A DNA stretch of 64,000 bases from the human T2T-CHM13v2.0 reference genome, Homo sapiens, in the NCBI RefSeq assembly GCF_009914755.1, contig NC_060926.1; one strand, written 5' to 3'. Each line of letters begins with the position of its first letter. Position 1 is the first letter of the stretch. Below are positions 26,179-38,565 of this stretch, piece by piece. The notes below the pieces were generated by a model. The model ran no database searches, was not told where the DNA came from, and saw nothing but the letters and a program-made list of their open reading frames with translations. The position numbers and the translations under genes are program-made.

Positions 26179-27193
26179 CCTTTGTCCAATTTTTGTTGTT
26201 GAGTTGTAGGTGTGCTTCTTGTAGTCTGAATATAAGTCCCTTGTCCAGATATATAATATGCAAATATGTCTCCCATTCTGTGGGTTGGTTTTCACTTTCT
26301 TGAAACGAGTTCTTTGAAACACAAAAGTTTCTAATTTTGATGGAGTCTCATCTTTTTCTTTTGTTGCTTGTGCTTTTGTGTCATTTCTAAGAAGGTATTG
26401 CTTGATACAAGCTCACAAAAGTTTATTCCTGTGTGTTTTCTTATAAGAGTTTTATGGTTTTGACTCTTACTTTTAGCCTATGATCTATTCTGAATTAATT
26501 TTTTATTTGGTGTAAGGTAATTTTTGTCCCTTATTCTAATAATACATTGATTAATTTTTGTATTCTAAACATACCTTGCATTCCTGGGATAAATCCCAGT
26601 TGGTCCCAACGTATAAATTTCTTTTCATATTGCTGGAATGATTTGCTAGCATTTTATAGGGGATTTTTGGTCTATATAAGAGATGGTTTTTTTGGGTATG
26701 TTATCTTCATCTTGTTTTATAATGAGTTGAGAAGTATTCCCTTTTCTTCTATTTTTTTTTAAGACTTTGTGAAAGATAAGTGTTAGTTTTCCTTTAAATG
26801 GTTGGTAGAATTCACTAGTGAAACCATCTGGTCCTGAGCTTTTCTTTGGGGGAACATTTTTGATTACTAATTCAATCTCATTATTTGTTACAGATGTTCC
26901 ATTGTTTCTTGAGTCAAGTTTTGGTAGTTTTGTTCTTTCAATGAATTTTTCTATTTTATCACAGTTTTCTAAAAATTTGTAGAAACTTTTAAGTTGCAAT
27001 TTGTAAAATTTTAATTTTCAGAATTTTAATTTGCAAAATACTAATTTGCAATCATAGCTTTATAATCCTTTTCATTTCCATAAAGTCAGTAGTAATGCCC
27101 TCTTTCATTCCCAATTTTAGTAATTTGAGTCATCTTTTTTCTTCTTATTTTGTCTAGCCAAAGGTCTATTTTGTTCATCTTTTCAAAGAACCA
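26179..27193 (-). mobile_element. L1M ORF2 fragments (host, right part), internal jump at ~26520
   Basis: Minus-strand ORF remnant KKSSGPDGFTSEFYQPFK; continues the L1 interrupted at 19186. Confidence 0.85.
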
Positions 27194-28209
27194 CTAGCAT
27201 AAACAAGAAGGAAGATTTACTGACTCACATTGCAAGAATATCCAATGCGGAGAAGCTCTGGGTGAGTTAACTCAGCAGCTGAGATGTCAAGGAGAATCCA
27301 GGTTACTTCTGTGTGTCTGCCCTGTGATTATCTTGTTGGCTTAGTCCTTGCTTACCTCCTCCCCAAAGCTGCCACAACTGCAGGAATCTATGTGGATGTG
27401 ATAGTGTCCAGTAGAATTAGAGTAAAAAAAATTAAGTCTCTCCTGCAGACCCTCCCTCACATTTTATTGCCAGAACTGAATTACATGATCACTCTTAATC
27501 CAATCTCTATGTGGATGAGACTATCATAATGGTCACAAATTCATTAGTACACTTACAGGAGGGAGACACCAGAACAAAATTATAACAAGGACGTCAATAG
27601 ACACAGCCTGAAGTTGAAACAGTTAAACAAACGTAATGACTCTCATTCCTGGCAGTTTTTCATAATCTGCTTTATGAATTGAAAAAGGCTTTTCAAGACA
27701 CCAATATTTCAATATCTCATGCTGGAAGAAACATTCAGCTAAAGTTCAGCAATTGAGATTCTTTTTCTTCATTCATATCAATAATGATATTTTTAGTTTA
27801 ATAACATGCAAACTATAAGCTCAAATTTTTAAAAAGAAATTCAAATGGTAGAAACTTTTACTAAAACAAATAACATGAGAAGCAATTATATTATATAAAT
27901 ATAAACTGCCTATATATATCATTACCTTTGGCCATCAATACTTTTGTCTAAATTAACCAAGTTAGTGTATCTATCACATTGGAAAACAAAAGAGCACAGT
28001 TTGGGAAGAAAGAAGAGTTCAGAAAGTTTATAGAGCTGAAAGGGACGCAGTGGTTGGGAGGAGGTATAGGGGATCCCTAGCAGCTCTTGGGTGGCAGGGC
28101 AATTCTTGGAGCCATGTGGGAGGGCCACGTGACAGCTGGGCAGATGATTTTCTGTATCCTTCCCTACTAAATGCACAGAAAGGCTCTTATAAAACACTCA
28201 AGGTCTGAA

Positions 28210-29280
28210 CCAGAGTGTCTATTTAATATTGACGATATGGCCTTGGGCCCAAACTTGATGATAAAAAGATGAATACGGCTCAGTCCCTGACCTCAAGCAT
28301 TCAGTCTAATGGGAACGATGAACTCATAAAAAGCAATTTCGAGTGCAAGAACAGAGGTGTAATGGTATGAGATACAGCGATTGCCCAAAGCGGGGAGTGA
28401 TTAATTCAGTGTGGAAAGTCAGAGACAACTCTAGAGAAAAAAAGTAAAAATCAAAGGACGTCTTCAAATTCACCAAGTATATGGCAGAGCAAAGGACTTT
28501 TCAGAAACTGAGAAGTTTGAAGTAGTGTGGCCCGCTTGGGGACCCATAAGATGACTGATGGTAACAGTGTGGCAGTGGGGAAAATAAAGCTGGAGGGGAA
28601 GCCAGGAACTAGACTTCAGAGGACCTTGCTTGACTCACAAGGGAGAATGAAGCTTATCCTATGGATGATGAGAGCCACTAAAATTTAATTAAAGAAATGT
28701 CCCAATTTGTGTTTTTAGAAATTGACCTTGAGGGTTTCATGTAGAACACATTGTCAAGATGGAAGGCCACAGGCTTATCAGGGGTATAATGCAGGTAACA
28801 GAGACCGGAGCCTGAACCAGGGAAGTAACAAGAAGAAATGAAAGTAGGACAATAGTCATTGACTGTCTTTGAGGGTTGATGGAAAGAAAGCAGTAAAATT
28901 AATATGCAGGTCTCTGGATGGAGAAGCTAGGTAGGTAGGATCCAGGATGTGAGCTCAGTCAAAGGCAGCTGAACTTGAGGTATCAGTGGGACACCTCACT
29001 GATGATGCATGTTTGGCAGCTGAGCTTAGATCTCATCCAGAAATAAGGATTTAGGAGTCTTGAGGGGGCATCTCCTGAAGCTATAGGAGAAGGTTTAATT
29101 GCCTGGGGAGAGGCGAGCAAATATGAAGGGAAAATAGAGGGGCCTTGCAATTCAGGAGTGAAGGAGTCAGTCCACAGAGGAGGCTGAGCAGGGACAGTTA
29201 GAGAGGTAGGAAGAGGGACAAGAAAAATCAGTGCATCCAAATCCAGTGGATAAAATAATCTCAGAAGGGAATAATCACCT
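28210..29280 (-). mobile_element. L2 LINE remnant
   Basis: gatgaatacggctcagtccctgacctcaagcattcagtctaatggg and further L2-like purine-rich sequence. Confidence 0.55.
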
Positions 29281-29295
29281 CTGGAAAAAAAATTC

Positions 29296-30040
29296 AATGC
29301 AAATCAAAACCACAATGAGATACCATCTCACTCCAGTTAGAATAGCGATCATTACAAAATCAGGAAACAACAGATGCTGGAAAGGATGTGGAGAAAAAGG
29401 AATGCTTTTACACTGTTGGTGGGACTGTAAATTAGTTCAACCATTGTGGAAGACAGTGTGGCAATTCTTCAAGGATCTAGAACCATTTAATATAATACCG
29501 TTTGACCCAGCAATCACATTACTGGGTGTATACCCAAAGGATTATAAATCATTCTACTGTAAGGACACATGCACAGGTCTGTTTATTGCGGCACCGTTCA
29601 CAATAGCAAAGACTTAGAACCAACCCAAATGCCCGTCAGTGATAGACTACATAAAGAAAATGTGGCACATATACACCATGGAGTACTATGCAGCCATAAA
29701 AAAGGATGAGTTCATGTCTTTTGCAGGGACATGAAGCTGGAAACCATCATTCTCAGCGAACTAACACAGGAACAGAAAACAAAACACCACATGTTCTCAC
29801 TCATAAGTGGGAATTGAACAATGAGAACACATGGACACAGGGAGGGGAACATCACACACCAGGCCTGTCAGGCGGTGGGGAGCTGGTGGAGGGATAGCAT
29901 TAGGAGGAATACCTGATGTAGATGATGGGTTGACGGGTGCAGCAAACCACCATGGCATGTGTATACCTATGTAACAAACCTGCACATTCTGCACATGTAT
30001 CCCAGAACTTAAAGTATAACAATAAAAAAAAAGAATTAAA
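29296..30040 (+). mobile_element. L1PA (about L1PA7-8) 3' end, 5' truncated
   Basis: ORF2 C-terminus [19 protein letters not shown]..., 3' UTR ...gtatcccagaacttaaagtataac, then A tail. Confidence 0.9.
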
Positions 30041-30041
30041 T

Positions 30042-30170
30042 AGGAGGAAGGAGAAGAAGTGGAGAAGGAAGAAAAGGAGAAGGAGGAGCAGGAGGAAAAG
30101 AGGAGTAAGAAGAAAAAGAGAAAGAGGAGAGGATAGGGAAGAGAGGATGGGGAGGAAGAAGGAGAGGAAA
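30042..30170. repeat. GA-rich (GGA/GAA) tract
   Basis: Seen directly. Confidence 0.9.
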
Positions 30171-31987
30171 ATGTATTCATGCCACATCAGCAGAGAATGA
30201 TCTGTACCTGTCTGGGAACACTGCTGCTGGTTTCTCTGTCTTTTTTCCAAAGAAGGATGGGAAGCAGTCAGATGAGGCCCATGAATCCAGGATGCTGGAG
30301 AGGTAGGCAGCAGAAGCCTGTGCCACTTCTGGTGACCCTTCCTCCCTCATCTACCTGACCTAGAACAAGAGGCACTTTCCCATTTAGCTCTGTGCACAGT
30401 CCAATCCCAAATGGAAATTTCTGGCCACTAAATATTAGCAACTTATAACCTACTAATGTTTCTGCCTCATGAGTAGTTATTTTCCTCTACTCTGAGGTTT
30501 TCGGAGGAAGAAACCTTGGACCCTCTGAGAAGCAACTTGGAAAGAAACCCAAGCAATTGCACTCACTGTGGTTTCACTCAGCCTTGGGCTGGAGACCAGA
30601 GACGGCCAGACCCCTACAGCCTGAAACCCAGCCTCTTACCCTGCTCCCGTAAAGTCTGAAGATGAACAATTCTGTTTCCAGATCTACACACAGCATATTC
30701 ACCATGAGGATAAAATCGTGATCACCTCCTCAGGAAACAGAAAACATGAAATTTTACCAAGAGCCAATTCAGTGCAGGGCGCTGAGCTGCAGCTATGCAC
30801 CTGTTAGCTCATCGCATAGCCCCGTGAGATATATTGTTTCACGCTCATCAATGAAACTCAGATTTGCATCTTCCCTAATACTACTTGACTATTCATAAAT
30901 GACAGAGACAGGGTTGGATACCCCATCTGCATGCTCCAAAGTCTGGCATTTTTCCCTCTCTGAATAAGCAGGCAGTTTCTATATTTTTTTATTTTAATGG
31001 TTCCCTGTACTTCAGATTCCAATATGCAGATAAGCTTTAGATAAGAAAGACATGTGTCCATGTAATGTTGTACACAAACTGAGTTTCTGTAGTCAGATAT
31101 TTCAAGTCTATTAAATTTTATGACAAATCCTTTTTCTACATCAAAGAACCCTTTCGCAGAGCACAAAGCCAGTCCCTAATTTATCTATAGTTTCATATGG
31201 CTAGTGTCCTTAAAGTGGAGCTCGCTTCTGCCACTAAGGAAACTGAACACCCTGAAAAAACACCAAGTCCAAAGTTTCACTTTGCTTTCAGTGAGAGACA
31301 AAAGGCAAGCTGGGGAACCCCCGAGCAGCCCCGGAGGGACCCCAGTGCTCACATCTGGAGTCCGCAGGCATGTTCTTCACCCATGAGCCAGAAAGACCCT
31401 AATCCCTTCTCCTGGGCCCACTCTGTCTGGGCATAGCAGAGTTTGCTCCCATGCATTCTTGGAGCTTCTTGGGGAGGCCATAGAGCCTGGGTTGGCACAA
31501 AGTTACCCATTTTCCCCAGTTACCTGAATCTCTCCAGCAGAGACAGGTTCAGGGGGAAGCTGAGGCACATCCTTTGGATGTGGCCATGCAACTCCTCTGC
31601 CCATTCCGAACCTAACTTAAGCCTGTGGGTGGGCTTCTCCTTCCCTTACCCCACCCTGCTTCCCAGGAATCAAATAGGTGCATTCAAGGGCAATCACGGA
31701 CCCCCACCCCCTCCCCATCTGCATCTCTCCTGAATTTATGAAGTTGGTACAAATTCCTACATACTGAAATGGACTAAGCCCAGGGTTACCTGAACAGAGG
31801 AGAGGCTGTCCTCCCTGAGTTGGACTTGAACTCTACAGAAGGTTCATCTTTGAGCTGGTCAGCTGTGTCATCTACCAAATATTGCCAGGTCTTCTTCTGG
31901 GCACGGGTATGATTGCACTTCTCTAGCCCCTTTAAATATAAGAATGGCCATGTAGCTTGCTTTGATCAATAAAATGTGAGCAGAAAG

Positions 31988-32235
31988 CAGGGCATGGTGG
32001 CATCATGCCTGTAATCCCAGCTACTCAGGAGGCTGAGGCAGGAGGATTGCTAGAACCCAGAATTTTGAGACCACTCTGAGCAACATAGCTAGACTGTCAC
32101 TTCTTTAAAAACCTTTTTTTAATTAGCCAATGTGTACCTGTAATCCCAGCTACTTGAGAAGCAGAGGTGGGAGGACAGCTTGAGCCCAGCCTGGACAACA
32201 TAGAAAGACCCCCATCTCATTCATAAATAAGTAAA
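31988..32235 (+). mobile_element. Old Alu (AluJ/FLAM-like, internally deleted) within an MLT1-type LTR remnant
   Basis: gcctgtaatcccagctactcaggaggctgaggcaggaggattgc; flanks ggccatgtagcttgctttgatcaataaaatgtgagcagaa / agtgatgtgtgtcatttc are MLT1-like. Confidence 0.75.
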
Positions 32236-32849
32236 TCATGAGAAGTGATGTGTGTCATTTCTAGGTGGAGGCTTTAGGTGTCAGTATTGTGCTAGAAACA
32301 AATATTAAAATAAACCTCCTGTCAGCCTGGGTCCTGAAGACATAAGTTTGAACAGAGCTGCCAGAAAGTCCTCAGTGGACATGTAGTCAAAGCAGCAGCC
32401 ATGGGGGTCCCTAGGAGGGGGACCTAGCAGAACTCCTAGAGAAAGGGAAGCTGGTCAAGGAGGATTCCCAGAAGAGGCTGTGCTGGTGCTGAGTGGGAGT
32501 GAAGGATGAGTGGGTGATGAGGACACACGGGGTGGGTGGTATAGAGTGGGAAGGAAGTGGTCTAGGAAAAGGAAGGAGAAAAGGAGGGAAGAGAGTAGAG
32601 TCCCCAGTACGGGCCACATAGCACCAAAGGCCTGGCAAACCCAACAGCTCCTTTCCTGGAAAAACTGCTACCACCTCAATTCTTACCAGAGAAAAGGAAA
32701 GAGCCTGGAGGTGGTGGGGGGAGAAACAATAGTCCAGGAGAATGAGAAAAACACAAAGTAGGTTTAAGGAAAAGACAACTAGAAAAAAAAGCCAGGAAAT
32801 CTAATAAATTCAGACTAGAGGAGAAAATAAGAAATAAGGTACCCTACAT

Positions 32850-33243
32850 ACCGGCCCCCTAAAATGTCAAGCCCTCATCCCTGGAACGTGTAGAGGTGAC
32901 CTTATTCGGAGAAAGGGTCTTTGCAGATGTGACGAAATTAAGGATTCGTGATGAGACCATTATCCTGTGGGCCCTACGTCACTGCATAGGAGTGACGACA
33001 AAGCCATGTGACTTGAGAGGCAGAGGTTGGAACCACATGGCCACAAACCCAAGAACACCCAGTACTACCAGAAGCTGGAAGAGGCAGGAATAGATTCTCA
33101 GTAGAGACTCTGGTGGAACAGGGCCCTGCCAGCAGCTCGGTTTTGGACTTCTGGCTCCAGAACTGCGAAAGAAGACATTTCTATTGTTCTAAGCCACCCA
33201 GTTTGCATCATTTGTTACAGAAGCCCCAGGAAACTAACCCACA
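32850..33243 (+). mobile_element. MLT1C-like MaLR solo LTR
   Basis: gggtctttgcagatgtg...ccagaagctggaagaggcagg...tttggacttctggctccagaactg...ggaaactaac. Confidence 0.8.
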
Positions 33244-33759
33244 AGATGACAAGGAAAGATTCACCATTCTATTTGACAGTCACTCCCTAACCTTCCCTGC
33301 GTAGAATCCGACTTCCCCTCCCATCCTCCTTAGTCTCCTGCCTCGGGTGCTTTTGCCACTACTCACCCCTTTCCTTTCCTTCCTCCCAGCCAGGCCCCGC
33401 CCCAGTGCTCCAGGGCTGAGCTGGCTGGCTGGAAAGAGCTCCGGAGGTAGAGCTCCTTCTTTACCCTGTCCCCAGCCTCCTCCACACCTCTGGCTTCTGT
33501 GCCAGACAGAACTACTATTTGTTGGCCATGTTTCTCCACTTGAATGAATTCCAAGCCCTTGGAGGCAAAAGCCTATTACTACCCCCAAGTCTTTTGTTCA
33601 AAGCCAGGCTCAAAACAAAGATTCGAATGTATAAAAGGTAACTGATAAATATTGGCTAATTGATTAATAATTTTTAATTGGCTATTATTACTAATAACAA
33701 CCATTGATAGAGGATTTACCAGCCACTATACTAGAAACATCAAAGAATCAGAATGATAG

Positions 33760-33990
33760 TAATGACCATTATAACTAATGAGCAGTTATCATGTGCCAAG
33801 TACTGTGCTAAGCACTAGAAGTGTATCATTTAATCCTCACCATCATATTATTATTATTATCTCCTTTTTATAAACGAATAAGCCAGGCTAAGAGAGATTA
33901 CGGAACTTGCTTAGTGTCATCCAACTAGCAAGCCTCTGAGCAAAATTCAAGTCCAAATCAGACAGGCTTTCCAAGCTGTGCTCTAAGTAG
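33760..33990 (-). mobile_element. MIR SINE
   Basis: atgtgccaagtactgtgctaagcact...catttaatcctcac...aggctaagagagatta. Confidence 0.7.
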
Positions 33991-35717
33991 GGTATTTGGG
34001 GGGTAAAAAAAAAAATCATACTCTTCTAGATGGTCATTTCCTTGGCCACTGTCTTAAAGCACCTCAGTTTCTCAAACATTCGGGGCCTTCCTTAAACAAT
34101 GAGTCCAGGTTTACCAGTAAGATGTCTGAGAGTCACAATTCCAGGACCCGAAATCAACCTAATTGGCCACTGGGTGGCACCAAAAAGTGTGTTTGAGACA
34201 CAGAAGCCAGCACGGCAGGGCGGTTTCCAGCTCTGTGGGATTCCTAAAGGTGAGCTGTGTGCAAAGGAGGAACCAGAACCACCCAGAAGGAATCAAGCCA
34301 AGGTTCAAAGAAACGGATTAGAGAACATGTTCCCTCGGGTGTCTGATGCTGATAGAAAAAGATAGCAGCAAATCCACATGCCTGTATGTCAGCTAGAAAT
34401 CATAATCCTGAGGAATGCAGACTATTTAAATACATCTGTTTACCAGGAGCACAGAAATCCCTGCGGGTGCCCCAAGGAAGGAAAAATTACAGGCACCATT
34501 GCCAACAGCGAGGATGTCCAAACACCTTAACAAGTCCTTATTGAAACGGCAGCTCTTAAATGATTCAAATGCCTCTTAGCCAAAACGCATAGCAACAGCC
34601 ATAAATAACACTATAATTAACATCACATGCAGAGCAAGGGAGACTTTGAAAATATTTCCTTTAACATCTCAAAGGAATCATAGATATGCTGCCCTGTAAA
34701 TGAGGACATTGTCAAATTATTTATCTTGAGCCAGCTGCGAATTCTCCACGTTGTAAAACATCTGCAGATTGCTATGTGCTTAGTAGGAAGAAGGATAGCT
34801 GATGGGGCAGCTGCATTCGTGGAGACCTGGCTATGGTGCAAGTTGCCACGTCCTGCACCACTGTTACTCCAAGCGTGGGACCACCCAATGCTGCGCATTG
34901 CAAACTGTGTGCTGCCACTCCACAAGCAGACAAGTGCGGAATGTGAAGATGATCATTAGAAATGTGTATAGCAATTCGACATCGCCATAATATCCAGGTC
35001 CAGAATAACCTCTTCAACAGAGCTGGACCCATCAGGATGTTGCCAACTTGTTGGTGATTCGTTTATGGCAAGGGCTGTGAACTAGTCCTGCCAGGTAAGC
35101 ACTTACCAGTCTGAAACAGATTAGAAATTCAGTCAAACGGGCCCTCCGCCATGGGAGTTTGAGAAACACAACCCTAGGAATGTAAGGCAGATGACTCCCA
35201 CCTTGACCATCCAGTTCCACAGCCTTAGACAAGGAGTCTAGGAGCTATGGGTGTGGGCTTAGCTGACGGGAAGAAGGAGATGCAGTCTCCTCTATTAATT
35301 ACCAGCTGTGTGGACTTAGGCATGTTACCTAAACTTCCAGGTCTGTACAAAAATGTAGTTTATAGTATGTGCTTCATACAGAGGTTGTAAGAATAATAGG
35401 AAACAAGATGGGTGTGGTGAGACAGTGCTCAGATTGTTTTCATACCTCTTTCTCAATCTCTCCTTCAATCTCTCTATACATCTTGAGAGGGTTTTTAAAA
35501 TAAAGCCTTCCTTACCCCCAAGGAAATAGCGTTCTCAATACCATCATGGGGTTCTTTATGCCCGAAGCATAAAGAACATCAAGTTCGCCTACGAAGGGAG
35601 GAGAGAATTCTAGAATAATGAACAAAAGAGAAAAGAGGTGGGGGGAAGGAGGTGAGGCGGAGAGTAAAAATGGAAGGAAGGATTGTTCTTGGACAAAAGG
35701 ACAAAAAGAAGTCTTGA

Positions 35718-35865
35718 GGCCAGCACGGTGGCTCACGCCTGTAATCCCAGTACTTTGGGAGGTCAAGGCGGGCAGATTGCTTGAGCCCAGGAGTTCAAGA
35801 CCAGCCTGGGCAACCTAGCAAGACCCTGTCTCAAAAAGCCAACCAACCAATGAACAAACAAAAAA
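35718..35865 (+). mobile_element. Alu monomer (FLAM_C / AluJ left arm)
   Basis: ggccagcacggtggctcacgcctgtaatcccag...gcaagaccctgtctcaaaaa. Confidence 0.85.
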
Positions 35866-36431
35866 TCTTGAGACCTGACAGGAGAAGCAACAAAGGACAA
35901 GTGAAGTGCATGGAGGGCAGAGGGACAAGAGCTTGATGCCCATTCTAGAAGAAGGTTCTAGTAGAAGATAGCCATCACCCCAGAAGAACAGGAAGAGTGC
36001 ACAGGCCTGGAGCTCCCAGGAGCAGTCTGGTGGAGTGCTCAGAGCCACAGGCACCCACCTCTCCTCACTTGCCCAGGGCTGTGCCAATATTCCTTCTTTC
36101 TGTTCTTGGGGAGACCTTGACTTTGGCAGCAGTGATACCCTGCGCAGATGAGGTGTTGTCCAGACACAGCACCCGCTGTCTCCATCTGATGCTGTCATTC
36201 AATAAATGATTGATAGCTAAATACCAACTATGTGTCAGGCACTGTTCCAACACTGGCGATCCAGCAGGCAACACAACGTGATCTCTGCTGCCGTGAAGTT
36301 CATCGTCTAGAGGCAATGGGGTAGAAAATGCCAAATAAATGACAATTCCCCCTACCGGGAACAGTGGCATACTGTACCTTGCTTCAGCATAGACACTGTG
36401 CTGTATGAATATTTAACACTACATTCCAGGG

Positions 36432-36916
36432 CAGGGCTTCTTATGCTGAGACCTGCAGAGAACATTCAGGGGAGTTCATGAACTCGGAGGGGTGAAAGAA
36501 TTATGTATTTATTTTTATTCACCTCTAACTAAAATTTACCATTTCCTTCAAATATGAATGCAGAAAACTGCAGAGGTTCCCATGACTTTAAGAACTAGAA
36601 ATTAGAGATTTTGCATATCACATTACAACTGTTGCAGATTCGTTGAAATATTTATGCTCATGACTACTCCAAATTTATGGTAGTTCTGAGACCTGCCACC
36701 AGACCTTAATATTTAATGCGTTAATAAAGAAACACATGTATTATTACATCGCATGTATTTGTTTTTTAAAATTTTGATAGCTACTATATATTTCAGTATA
36801 ATTGGTTTCCTCTTATGTATTTTTAATTCCTTTATAAACAGTATTCTGGGAAGGCATCTGTGGGTTTTACTAGCAGTCCAAAGGGGTCCAGGCACAGAAA
36901 AGATTAAGAACCTCCA
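36432..36916 (+). mobile_element. MER113 hAT-Charlie element
   Basis: cctctaactaaaatttaccatttccttcaa...catatcacattacaactgttgcag...atttaatgcgttaataaagaa...aaggggtcca...attaagaacc. Confidence 0.8.
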
Positions 36917-37546
36917 TTCTAGGGCCTGCTGTTGGTTAACATTTGAAGGGCTTAATCAGAGATTCACCATCCCAGAACTGTTAGCACATGAAAGACTCCA
37001 TTTAGGCACTCCCACCCCAGAGCACTGGCAGCTCTTCCAATCTGACTATCCTGATTCATGCTAGAGGGCTGAAAAGTTAGCAACAGGGATAATAAAAGCC
37101 ATTTTTCACTGGTGACATGAGTGGTGCTCAACACGTGTAGAAAGGATGGAAATATTATCTAGGTGTACATACCCTTACATGAACAGGAATACAAGAAATT
37201 AGTAAGCCCAGCAGCTAAACCCTCTTGAGAGAAACACTAGGCCTGGCACTCTGATTTGACCCTGTGTTCTGATACTTGTAGCAGGATTCCAAGAGGACAG
37301 CTCAGCTATCTTGCCACTCTTGTTTATAATGGCACTTCACCTATTTCCAGTTGAAGCTTTCATGTAAGATATTATGGAAGCCCTTGAGAAACTGAGGCTG
37401 GAGCTTCCATAAACCAACAGAACAAGTGGGTCTGACCATTTCTGTGTGTGCTTTGCCACTCCATACTTGTCTGTGTGGCAGAATTCCTCCTGAGACCTGC
37501 TTTCCTTGTAGCATACTAGCTGGTAGCCTGGTGGTGGGGAGGAGAT

Positions 37547-37964
37547 TGTGAAACTAAATGGAGACCGCCCAAATGAGAACATGCAGAGACTATTTATTCG
37601 GACCTTGCTAGAGCAAAGAAGGCAGCTTCCATCACTTGCATTTGGCAGAGACTCCAAGGTAGGCAGGGCAGTAGGAAAGCTTCAGAGTAGAAAAAAGCCA
37701 AGCTTCAGGGGCTCTCTGATTACCGGGAAGCTGGGGACAGGCTTGCTAGAAATGGGGCTTCCTATGGGGTGGGTTTGAGGAGCATATTTGACTCTCAACA
37801 GGGGCAAGAAATAGAGAAGTTAGCAGTCATTGAAGAAGCCCTGAGCACTCTGGGCCGATTGCTACAGAGGTGTTGGTTTGGCTCCCAGGACTGATTGCTG
37901 CAGAGGTTGTAGGTCAGGATCATATTGTCATATGTGGCTTGGCCATTGTATACTCAGTCTGTCA
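37547..37964 (-). mobile_element. Probable old solo LTR, family not assigned
   Basis: TG...CA termini, ~420 bp, minus-strand AATAAA near the U5 end (~37595). Confidence 0.45.
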
Positions 37965-38343
37965 GGACCTACAGATCTCAGCTATGTCTTGCAGTGAGAT
38001 GTTAAGGATGTCTACCAAAAATAACCTCAGAAAGGCCCAGATGGCAAAGATCCATTCACAAAAGGCATGCTTGTACAGAGGTATCTCAAGCCTAATAAAG
38101 GTCTTGGGTACCCTGTAGGGTAGTGTTGTGCCGGCTCCTCATCCTTGTATGTGGAGCAACTCTAGAGAATAAGCTTACTCCCCTGAGGTGATGCTGTGGT
38201 TGATGATAGCTCCTCTCACAGCTAACACTGGACACAGTGCCTGACCCATTGTAAGCACTTAGTAAAACATAGCTATTGGTTTTGGGGGATTTTTTATTTA
38301 TTTATGAAGAGGTAGAATTTTGCCAAGGAAATAGAACCTATGT

Positions 38344-38565
38344 CAGTGCTTCTCAACCAGAAACAATTCTGTCCTCCAGAGAACATTTGCCAATGACTAG
38401 AGACAATTTTTTGATTGTCACAGCTGGGGCCCACGATGCTACTACATCTAGTGGGTAGAGGCCAGGGATGCTGCCAAACATCCGACAATGCACATCTTAC
38501 AAAGTTCCCACGACAAAGAATTATCTAGTCCCAAATGTCAATCATGCCCAGGTTGCCTATCCATG
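38344..38565 (+). mobile_element. MER20 hAT element
   Basis: cagtgcttctcaacc...catctagtgggtagaggccagggatgctgccaaacatcc...caaagaattatctagtcccaaatgtcaat. Confidence 0.88.
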
